A DNA stretch of 64,000 nucleotides from Actinomycetes bacterium. GTDB taxonomy: Bacteria > Actinomycetota > Acidimicrobiia > Acidimicrobiales > SZUA-35. Shown here one piece after another: positions 55,160 to 62,601 of this stretch. Position 1 is the stretch's first letter, and the number at the start of each line of letters is the position of its first letter. The position numbers were made by a program, and so were the translations under genes. The DNA is taken from assembly GCA_024280015.1 (NCBI GenBank), contig JAJRQY010000006.1, forward strand, positions 11 to 64,010. The letters are read 5' to 3'. A model generated the notes under the pieces. It did not search any database, was not told where the DNA came from, and saw only the letters and a program-made list of their open reading frames with translations.

Positions 55160-55773
55160 GCTATGGATTGGAGACCGGCCAGATTTTCTGGTTTGCCACC
55201 CGAGCGGCAGGAATCATGACCTGGGCAACAGCCATGGGTTCCATCCTGTTGGGCCTTCTGCTGGCATCCAAGGTCCTGGGTCGCAAGCCTGGATTCCCCT
55301 GGCTCCTCGATCTTCATCGATTCATTAGTGGCCTGTCCGTGGTCTTTCTCGGCCTCCACATGGCCACCCTGTGGGCCGACCGCTATGTCCACTTTGGCTG
55401 GGTGGAGCTCCTGGTCCCGTTCATGTCCGAAACCCAGACCGGTGCAGTCGCCTGGGGTATCGCCGCCGCCTGGATTCTGGCTGCGGTTCAGGTGTCTTCA
55501 CTACTCAAACGATTCCTGCCCCGACGCGTTTGGCACGGCATGCACCTTGGCGCGTACGTTGTCGCGGTGTCAGGAACCATCCACGGCTGGCAAGCAGGAT
55601 CAGACGTGAACAATCGTTTCGTTCTGGCGATTGTCGCCGTTAGTTGGGGCCTTATCATTGCCCTCAGTATCGTACGAGTAAGGGCTTTGCTTGCTCCTCA
55701 AGCCGATCGCTCAAGCCGGGGCTTGGATTCTGAATCGCGCCTTGTCGGAGCAGCAGTCACTCGCCGCGAGTGA
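55153..55773 (+). CDS. ferric reductase-like (MsrQ-like) transmembrane cytochrome b domain protein
   Basis: Six-TM protein with paired His residues in TM helices (LDLHRF...GLHMATL and WHGMHLG...GTIHG). GTGCTGA overlap with the apbE stop. Confidence 0.7.
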   Translation: MLSYGLETGQIFWFATRAAGIMTWATAMGSILLGLLLASKVLGRKPGFPWLLDLHRFISGLSVVFLGLHMATLWADRYVHFGWVELLVPFMSETQTGAVAWGIAAAWILAAVQVSSLLKRFLPRRVWHGMHLGAYVVAVSGTIHGWQAGSDVNNRFVLAIVAVSWGLIIALSIVRVRALLAPQADRSSRGLDSESRLVGAAVTRRE

Positions 55774-56437
55774 AGACCACACCAATCAGGACAACAGCGA
55801 TTGCGACACCAACGAGCTGAGCCACAATGAAGGCTGGGGCCGACGACGGCTTGATTCCAGCGAACGTATCGGACATGGTTCGGGCGATTGTCACCGCCGG
55901 ATTGGCGAAGCTGGTCGAGCTGGTGAAGTAGTAGGCGCCACCGATGTAGGCAGCGACGGCGTAGGGAGCGGCGTCAGCTCGGCCACCACGCACAACACCC
56001 CAGATGATGAGCAGTAGCCCGAGGGTGGCGATGACCTCGGAAAGGAGCAGGTTTGCCGATGAACGCTCATGGGTTGACCAGTTGACTGCATCCAGTTCGA
56101 ACATGAGGTTGGCCGCGATGGCTCCGACAATGCCGCCAACAACCTGTGCCGCAACATAGACAACCGCTGTCTTGGTTGTGAGTTCTCCAAGCAGCCGGGC
56201 GGCAAGGGTGACCGCAGGGTTGAAATGAGCCCCGGAAACCCAACCGAAGGCCAGGATAATTGCGGCAAGCACGCCGGCAGTGGCGAAAGCGTTCTGAAAC
56301 AATTGCAGCCCGACGTCCTCACTGAGGCGCTGGGCCATGATGCCCGAGCCAAGGACTCCAGCCAGCAGAAAGGCGGTGCCAAGGAACTCGGCTAGTGCCT
56401 TTTGGGCCAGGCCTGGTTCATAGGTCTGTTCTGTCAT
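55757..56437 (-). CDS. MIP-family channel (aquaporin/glycerol facilitator-like)
   Basis: Two NPA boxes (HFNPAVT and ANPAVTIA). 226 aa. Convergent 17-nt overlap with the preceding + strand gene. Confidence 0.9.
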   Translation of the reverse strand: MTEQTYEPGLAQKALAEFLGTAFLLAGVLGSGIMAQRLSEDVGLQLFQNAFATAGVLAAIILAFGWVSGAHFNPAVTLAARLLGELTTKTAVVYVAAQVVGGIVGAIAANLMFELDAVNWSTHERSSANLLLSEVIATLGLLLIIWGVVRGGRADAAPYAVAAYIGGAYYFTSSTSFANPAVTIARTMSDTFAGIKPSSAPAFIVAQLVGVAIAVVLIGVVFTRGE

Positions 56438-57016
56438 CTATTGCATCCCCGCAGAGGTAACGGTGCGTTGAGATACCTCAACCAGGTCGCCACGCTTAAC
56501 GACATAGGAAATCACCTTGTCGACTGAGTGTTGGCCCGAACGAGCCTTGCCGCTGACTACATCCAGTTCCATCCCGTTGAGGATAGGGAGCAGAGCGACA
56601 GCTCGGAACCCGTCTTCGGTCCCCGGAATGGAGCGCTTGTCTTCCCGAATGAGTTCGCCAGATTCCCATATCCAAGTGTCATCCACGCTGATAAAGCGGC
56701 ACCGATGACTGGCTCGGGATTTGGAGATGATTCCGCCAGGGCAGACAACAACATTGCCTTCAACCCAGGGGTTGACGCCTAAACCGTCGCGCCCGAAGCC
56801 GACCTCGAAAGCGTTGGCAATGATGGCATCGAGATCGCCCCTGCTGACGGCTCGTTCGCGCTGCAGCTGGTGGACGACCTCGCCGATGTTGGATAATTCA
56901 TCATCAGAGAGCTTTTTCAAGACGCGGACTGCTTCCTCGGGATCGCCATTGAGAAGCTTGGCTGCGGCGTTGATTCGGCGCGTCGAGGCCGGTCCTTCTG
57001 TCGTCACGCCAGACAT
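56438..57016 (-). CDS. hypothetical protein co-transcribed with the aquaporin
   Basis: Its stop directly abuts the aquaporin start. I prefer ATG 57016 (MSGVTTEGP...), with GTG 57034 as an alternative. The ORF-track start at 57208 lies inside the inserted element, and after conceptual excision the frame is closed by a TAG with no start upstream. Confidence 0.55.
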   Translation of the reverse strand: MSGVTTEGPASTRRINAAAKLLNGDPEEAVRVLKKLSDDELSNIGEVVHQLQRERAVSRGDLDAIIANAFEVGFGRDGLGVNPWVEGNVVVCPGGIISKSRASHRCRFISVDDTWIWESGELIREDKRSIPGTEDGFRAVALLPILNGMELDVVSGKARSGQHSVDKVISYVVKRGDLVEVSQRTVTSAGMQ

Positions 57017-57047
57017 GATGCCTTCAGCCACTGACAATGCGGTCTTG

Positions 57048-57178
57048 GGGGCGACGCGAGGAAACGGACTTTTTTGTACGTTAAGGATCCGAGAGATCGA
57101 CCCAGCACCGATGACGGACCTTGGCGTTTGCGGCCCAGGTTCTGACCTCTGCCCGAAATCTCGTACGTATCCGAGCAG
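57048..57178. repeat. left terminal inverted repeat (38-bp Tn3-type core 57048-57085)
   Basis: See the mobile element entry. Mismatches to the right copy at 57114 and 57170. Confidence 0.9.
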
Positions 57179-57493
57179 ATCCGAAGCCTTCTTCTCGCGA
57201 CTCGTCAACCAGACCTGGTATCAAGAAAGCATTTCGAGAATTGTCTGTGAGAAGCCGAGAACCCGCTGATTACTGTGCGAGTGATCTGGTTGTGCCTGCT
57301 TCTCATTTACCGCCGTTTTCGAGAAGAGGAGGCGACTTGACTCATCGATGACACCATGAGCGGCACGACCGGTCGCCGTGAGCGCGGCCCCGGGCTAAGG
57401 ACCGTTCAGCTGATAGTTCTCGGCGGTTTCAACTTACGCCTGGTGAGAGTGTCCGGAGAGCGACTGCGGCTCTGTGACCTGAGGGAGTACTCG

Positions 57494-57531
57494 CTTACCG
57501 TACACTGTGGTCCGTTTCCTGGCGCCACCCC
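57494..57531. repeat. internal third 38-bp IR (29/38 identical to the TIR core), oriented as a right end
   Basis: CTTACCGTACACTGTGGTCCGTTTCCTGGCGCCACCCC versus the right-end core CTTAACGTACAAAAAAGTCCGTTTCCTCGCGTCGCCCC. Together with the left TIR it bounds a 484-bp unit. Confidence 0.65.
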
Positions 57532-57740
57532 TTCTTGACAGTGTGCAAACGCATCCCCCAACAACCGGAAAAATGGAGATACATCTGGAGGTCCCGATGG
57601 AGCCTCCGTTTGCACTAGGACAGACACAAGATTTGTTACACCACAAATTGCGTCTTTAGGGAGACTCGTGATCCACTCAGAAGATTGAGCAACCCGGCCA
57701 GCAAACCATTGATGACTACCAACCCGAACCCGTCCTTGGG

Positions 57741-58286
57741 TTGCGGGCCGTAGCCAACATGTGCGGCGTGTCCCTCGCCACCCTCAAACGCCGCATCACT
57801 GACGGCCTCCTACTCGAAGCATTCAAACAAGCCAGTGGCAGCCATGACCGGCTGCAATGGGTGATCTGGGACCATGACCTAGAAACCATTGCCATTAGAA
57901 ACAACTGGACTATTGACCGGGCCCGAGACGATGACGACGCCCGCTCTCTCCAAGAAGCCCGCACCGTCCTACGCCAAACCCGCAAGGCTCTGCAACGAAC
58001 CACTAGAGAGCTAGAAGCCAGCCAAGACCGGGTCAAGCGTGTTCAATACGATCTGGATCAGGCCCGGCATTATGCCCAGGTCCAGGGCGAGAATATGGAC
58101 AAGCTGCGGGCTGAGCACCGCCACCAGGTCGACATCCTGATTTATGGGCATGACCCTGCCTTGGTCAAAGCCGAGAATGAGGCCAACACTGCCCGATCCC
58201 GCAACCGTCAACTCAGTGACCAGAACCGTCAACTCCAAGCTACGAATCAACGCTTGACTGGTATTGAGCAGACCCTGACCGCTTAG
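57741..58286 (+). CDS. HTH (excisionase/MerR-like) plus coiled-coil protein carried by the element
   Basis: N-terminal RAVANMCGVSLATLKRRITDGLL fits the HTH_17-type pattern. The remainder is heptad-rich and charged (QTRKALQRTTRELEASQDRVKRVQYDLDQAR...). TTG start. Confidence 0.6.
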   Translation: MRAVANMCGVSLATLKRRITDGLLLEAFKQASGSHDRLQWVIWDHDLETIAIRNNWTIDRARDDDDARSLQEARTVLRQTRKALQRTTRELEASQDRVKRVQYDLDQARHYAQVQGENMDKLRAEHRHQVDILIYGHDPALVKAENEANTARSRNRQLSDQNRQLQATNQRLTGIEQTLTA

Positions 58287-58397
58287 ACCCTCGGGATGGT
58301 TCATTGTTGATGCTGCCAGCACTAGCACCAACTGACCGACTACCTTTAAAATCAAGCCCGGCCCTAACTGGCGGCGCCGGTCAAATGGAGCACCACC

Positions 58398-60022
58398 ATG
58401 CGGCCACAAGATCCGGTACCAACCGAGCCTCGTTCTACAACTAGAACCAGGACCCGGAGATCTCCCAAAAGCTACGGCGTAGCCCTGCGACGAACTCTGG
58501 CTCTTTCCATCACCGCCACCGTGTTCGGCCTATCGGTCATCTCCCCTGCTTCTTCAACACAAGCCGAACCAGATGACCCCAAAGAACAGCCAACAGTCGA
58601 GACACCGACCGAAACGCTGCCTGACGGGACAGACATTGAGGCTGGTCTCAGCGCCCGCCTCCCCGAGGACGTAGCCAACAGTTGCCGGATGCTCAAAGCC
58701 GAACACACCGACCGGTCTCTCCGGGAAATGCTCAGCCTGAATCCAACCCCGCCAAAGACAAGCAACCTTGTTGAGGCCTACGGGATCGAGGTATCAGCAG
58801 ACGAAGCAAAATTCCTCAACAGAGCCGCCGCAGTCAGTGAAGGTATTAACGAGTACGAACTCATTGACGCCGCCGTCGAGATTTTTGGTGATTCCTATGT
58901 TGGGATCACCTTCGATTCGGCCGGGTTCTATCGCGTTCACTATTTGGCTGATCTGCTCGATAGCAAGACTGCTCCAATCCACCTTCGGGAACTGAGCACC
59001 AAGTTCGGGTTCGCTGACAACGAGCTGGTGTTAACCCCGGTGACCCGAGGCGTTGAGTCGGAAACTGCGTACGCCAACTACACGAGACTCAATGACGCCG
59101 CCACCGAACTGTCAGAAACCGGGAACGTAATCGAGTTTTCTTTGGGTGAATCTTGTGGCCTCATAGCGGTGTACACCAACAAAGATTCTGTCGACAAGCA
59201 ACCGAGGCCGTCAGCAAGTTCGTTGATCCTGATGAGTTCGTGGTCTTGATCATTCAGGATTCTGAGCAAAGCATCGACCTCGGTCGGGAGAATTCCCATA
59301 ACCCCTACCTCGGTGGGGCCGCTGTCGGCCTCACTTCAGGGAGTTCCACGGCCATGGGTTGCACCACCAACATTGGCTAGTACAAGAACACGCCGTCAGG
59401 CCAACAATGGTGGGGAGTGACCGCAGCTCATTGCGTTGGGACGCAACTGTGGTATTCAGCTGGAACCTTCGCCACAGTAAGCCTGAACTGGTGGCAGGGA
59501 GCTGATACTGATATCAACAGCGGCGGAACTTCGACCACGTATTTCGTGTACGGCGGCGAGATGGATATAGCGATCGTACAGATCGACCGGAGTGCAGTGC
59601 CGACAACAATCACCAACGATCCACCTGTCGGTCCTGGAGTCAGGTTGGACCTCGATTGGTGGCATTGGGCACCGACCATGGATCGGCCTAAGGGTGCTGT
59701 GCCTGGTCATACCATGTGTCACTCTGGGAAGACTTCCAACTTCATTCGGTGCGGTGAGTTGTTGACCCGCACACACTCATTCACGGTCAAAAAGTCAAAT
59801 TCCCCTCTCGGCGTAGCATCATATTTCCACCACATGCACAGGGTTGCTACTGGCGGATTGCCTGGTGATAGCGGTGGGACCATTTGGCATGACCAAGGAC
59901 CAGGCGGCGATGACAACCTGGTCGGCGTTCTTAAAAGCGGAAGTTCTACTCGCATCAATTACTCCCATATTTCGTATCTGAAATCAATATTTGGTCTCAC
60001 GGCACCGGCCGGAATGTCCTAA
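58398..60022 (+). pseudogene. secreted S1-family (alpha-lytic/streptogrisin-like) serine protease precursor, disrupted by one frameshift and one in-frame TAG
   Basis: Signal peptide plus pro-region in frame A (58398-59249). The continuation is in frame B from about 59195 (…ATEAVSKFVDPDEFVVL…NPYLGGAAVGLTSGSSTAMGCTTNIG), then TAG at 59378-59380, then in the same frame YKNTPSGQQWWGVTAAHCVG...DIAIV...GDSGG (59381-60022). Confidence 0.7.
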
Positions 60023-60441
60023 TGATCGGCGGCGGGAAAACCACTACTGTCCTGAGCCTTGGGTTGGTCTGGTTTGCTGTTGCTTGCACCGGATCAGACA
60101 GTGCTGACTCTCGACCAACTTCGGTAGCTGGGGAGATAGCTGCGAGTTCTGAACCCGGCACGACAACAACGAGTGACCCTTTCCCAGGGACGTTTCCTGA
60201 TGGCTTCGATCTTGAGCAGGTGATTGCTGACGTTGACTCAGGCAAAGAAAAGTGGCTCGACCAGTCCTTGTTTGCTGGTGTTTCGGTAGAAGCAGCTGAG
60301 GAGTGGGCTGAGCAACATGGGTTCACGAACGTCATCGTTGCTGATCTTGATGAGGACATCGACGCTATTGGGGGACCGGGGAGAACTCTTTTGGTTCGGG
60401 TCCTTGATGGTGTTGTCCAGTCGGCGCATTCCACCCTCTGA
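60022..60441 (+). CDS. lipoprotein with potato-inhibitor-I / I78-like protease-inhibitor motif
   Basis: Lipobox FAVAC. The C-terminal segment KWLDQSLFAGVSVEAAEEWAEQHGFTNVIVADL...GRTLLVRVLDGVVQSAH resembles the W-x3-L-x-G-x-SVE-x-A...V-x-V...R-x3-V core of I13/I78 inhibitors. TAATG overlap with the protease stop. Confidence 0.45.
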   Translation: MIGGGKTTTVLSLGLVWFAVACTGSDSADSRPTSVAGEIAASSEPGTTTTSDPFPGTFPDGFDLEQVIADVDSGKEKWLDQSLFAGVSVEAAEEWAEQHGFTNVIVADLDEDIDAIGGPGRTLLVRVLDGVVQSAHSTL

Positions 60442-60750
60442 AGCTAATAATTGGGGTCTGAGGAGGGGTGGCGCAGACGCTCATTGGTGCACAATAGGGC
60501 TACGAGGGCCACTCGGGCTCTTCACTTGGTCTCGTCACGGGTGACAGCCTCAAACGCGAGTCGTTCAACGACCTAAGGGAGTACCGCTGCTCCCGCGACG
60601 TTCCGGGTCTCAGATCGCTGCCTTTGGGAAAACGCCCCGATATCGAGGGCCGAACAATGAGCAAGCAGAGTCCAAGACCCCAAGGCCAGGAAACCTGAAT
60701 CCAAGGAGGATCCATGTTGTACGAAACGAAACATGGCGTTGCTTGCCTGA

Positions 60751-60881
60751 CTGCTCGGGTACGTACGAGATTTCGGGCAGAGGTCAGAACCTGGGCCGCA
60801 AACGCCAAGGTCCGCCATCGGTGCTGGGTCGATCTCTCGGATCCTTAACGTACAAAAAAGTCCGTTTCCTCGCGTCGCCCC
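60751..60881. repeat. right terminal inverted repeat (38-bp Tn3-type core 60844-60881)
   Basis: Reverse complement of 57048-57178. Confidence 0.9.
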
Positions 60882-60957
60882 TCTTGGGGCCCTGGTTGGA
60901 TTGCGATGCGTGTTCCGAAAGGATGAATTTTCTGGAAAGTAGCTGTAATCCAGAAAC

Positions 60958-61653
60958 CTAGTCGCCAGAGGTGAAGGCGAGGCGCAGACCGAGTCCAACC
61001 ATGACGGCTCCGCCTGTTGCTTGGAGCCGCTGGAGACGCCTGGGCGAAGAGGCGAACCAGTGGCGGGCGGTTCCCGCCGCCATGGCCCAGACACTGTCCA
61101 ACACCAGGGCGATGAGAACAAAGACACTCCCGAGAACAAGAATCTGTAGCCACAGTGCGCCAGCCGAGGGGGCCGTGAACTGGGGGAGAAAGGAGACGAA
61201 GAAGACAATCAGCTTGGGGTTGGCTACTCCGACAACGAAACCATCAACCAGACTCCGTCGGGTGTCGAGCGCTGGGGATGTGAGGCCTGGCTTGTGGCCT
61301 GTCGAGTCACTGGGTCCGGTGGAAGCGACAACCTCTGCACCCGGTTCACCCTGTGGTTTTCTTGAGCGCGACTTCGCCATGGCCTGGATTCCGAGGAAAA
61401 CGAGATAGCCAGCCCCGATCAGTTTGAAAGCAGAGAAGAGAACGATTGAGTGACTGAGGACAACCCCTAGTCCAGCGGCGACCGTAGTGACCTGCACCGC
61501 AATACCCAGTGCGTTGCCAGCCACGGTGAGCAGTGCGGTTCTTCGTCCTGCTGATATGGCTCGACTGATTACAAACATGACGCTGGGGCCCGGAATGACG
61601 ATGAGGACCACCGATACCAGGGCGAAGGTGAGTAGAGAGTCTGTGGGTGGCAT
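60958..61653 (-). CDS. LysE/RhtB-family amino-acid exporter
   Basis: N-terminal LLTFALVSVVLIVIPGPSVMFVISRA motif typical of LysE translocators. A hydrophilic loop insert of about 40 aa is present. Confidence 0.8.
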   Translation of the reverse strand: MPPTDSLLTFALVSVVLIVIPGPSVMFVISRAISAGRRTALLTVAGNALGIAVQVTTVAAGLGVVLSHSIVLFSAFKLIGAGYLVFLGIQAMAKSRSRKPQGEPGAEVVASTGPSDSTGHKPGLTSPALDTRRSLVDGFVVGVANPKLIVFFVSFLPQFTAPSAGALWLQILVLGSVFVLIALVLDSVWAMAAGTARHWFASSPRRLQRLQATGGAVMVGLGLRLAFTSGD

Positions 61654-61686
61654 GAATATGATGTTTGGATGGAGAGTGGGGCCGTG

Positions 61687-62523
61687 CTAGCGGGACTGAC
61701 GGAGATCAACCCAGCTGAGGGTGAAGCTTCGGGTGAGAGACTGGCCTGGCTCCAACCGCTGGTCAAGTGAATTGGGGGCATGGTTGAAGACATCGGGGGA
61801 CGATGATTGGGGCTCAACACAGAGGGCGTGCTCGGGCCGGTCATAGACAACCCAATGGTCACAATCTGAGGTGAGGATGAGTCGGAGCTGCCCTGGCCAG
61901 GTCAGGGTTATGGGCGCGGCGATGCCGGTAAAGCAGTTGTCCCAGGGCCCGTCGGAAATGGCGACAAGTGAGCCGGTTGGAATGTCGTCCTCGTCCAGCT
62001 CGTACATGGACTCCGCAGCCAAGGACAGCAGAAGTGGCTCAGCTGCAGGGGACAGGACTCGTCTGAACCATGGGTGCCAGCCAACCATGGCGGGCATAGC
62101 GCGCGCTCCTGCCTTAACGCAGAGTGTGAGGGTTAGGGATTCTTCGGTGAGCCGAACTCGGTGGGTGACGCTGCCACCAAGGGGCCAATGGTCATCCAAT
62201 TGCAGACCCAGCGTCTGTTCATCGATCTGGTCCCAGGGGCGGAGAAAGCCGACCCCGTGAAGAGAGTGGTCATTCAGTGGCCCGGTTCCGGGATCGACTC
62301 GAAGTTGGTGGAGCTCACCGTCAAAGACAAACCTGGCCTCACGGACACGCCCTGCCCACGGAACCATGGGGTAGACGCCCCAAAGCATTGGTAGGGCAGG
62401 GTCTGATTCAGAACACTGGTTACGACCAACAAGAAGCTCTCGGTCGAATACTCTCAGTGACGAGAGTCGGCCGCCACGCTGGGGGTCGAGCTTGGCAGAA
62501 GCGCTGCCCGCTTGGAATTGCAC
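61687..62523 (-). CDS. aldose 1-epimerase family protein
   Basis: YPMVPWAGR, HSLHGVG, WHPWF and CVEPQSSSPDVFN motifs of the galactose-mutarotase-like fold. Confidence 0.75.
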   Translation of the reverse strand: MQFQAGSASAKLDPQRGGRLSSLRVFDRELLVGRNQCSESDPALPMLWGVYPMVPWAGRVREARFVFDGELHQLRVDPGTGPLNDHSLHGVGFLRPWDQIDEQTLGLQLDDHWPLGGSVTHRVRLTEESLTLTLCVKAGARAMPAMVGWHPWFRRVLSPAAEPLLLSLAAESMYELDEDDIPTGSLVAISDGPWDNCFTGIAAPITLTWPGQLRLILTSDCDHWVVYDRPEHALCVEPQSSSPDVFNHAPNSLDQRLEPGQSLTRSFTLSWVDLRQSR

Positions 62524-62601
62524 CTCATCACAGTAGCTCCATCGGAGCTGCTATTCGGTCCAATTTGAGCGACCGGTTGTCTGGTGTGGCACCCTGTTGA
62601 C

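Larger units (their letters stand above)
57048..60881. mobile_element. Tn3-family-derived non-autonomous element (MIC-like), 3,834 bp, no transposase
   Basis: 131-bp TIRs (57048-57178 vs reverse complement of 60751-60881, 129/131 identical by hand). The outer 38 nt are GGGGCGACGCGAGGAAACGGACTTTTTTGTACGTTAAG. Flanking 5-bp direct repeats TCTTG lie at 57043-57047 and 60882-60886. Confidence 0.75.

Noticed and set aside
57048-57178. The 131-bp repeat pair read as a structured ncRNA or riboswitch upstream of the hypothetical/aquaporin operon, or as inverton-type invertible-promoter repeats.
   Set aside because: The second copy (60751-60881) has no downstream gene. The outer 38 nt match Tn3-family IR signatures and a 5-bp direct repeat flanks the whole unit. 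No invertase gene is present. Transposon ends explain everything more simply.
57121-57351. Paired small ORFs beginning MAFAAQVLTSARNLVR (57121-57351 + strand and 60500-60808 - strand).
   Set aside because: The shared 16 aa are simply encoded by the duplicated TIR. The sequences diverge completely once they leave the repeat, so this is not evidence for a conserved peptide.
57741-58286. The excisionase-like HTH protein as a sign of a prophage or integrative element.
   Set aside because: There is no integrase, attachment-site tRNA or phage structural genes. The gene sits inside the TIR-bounded Tn3-type cassette.
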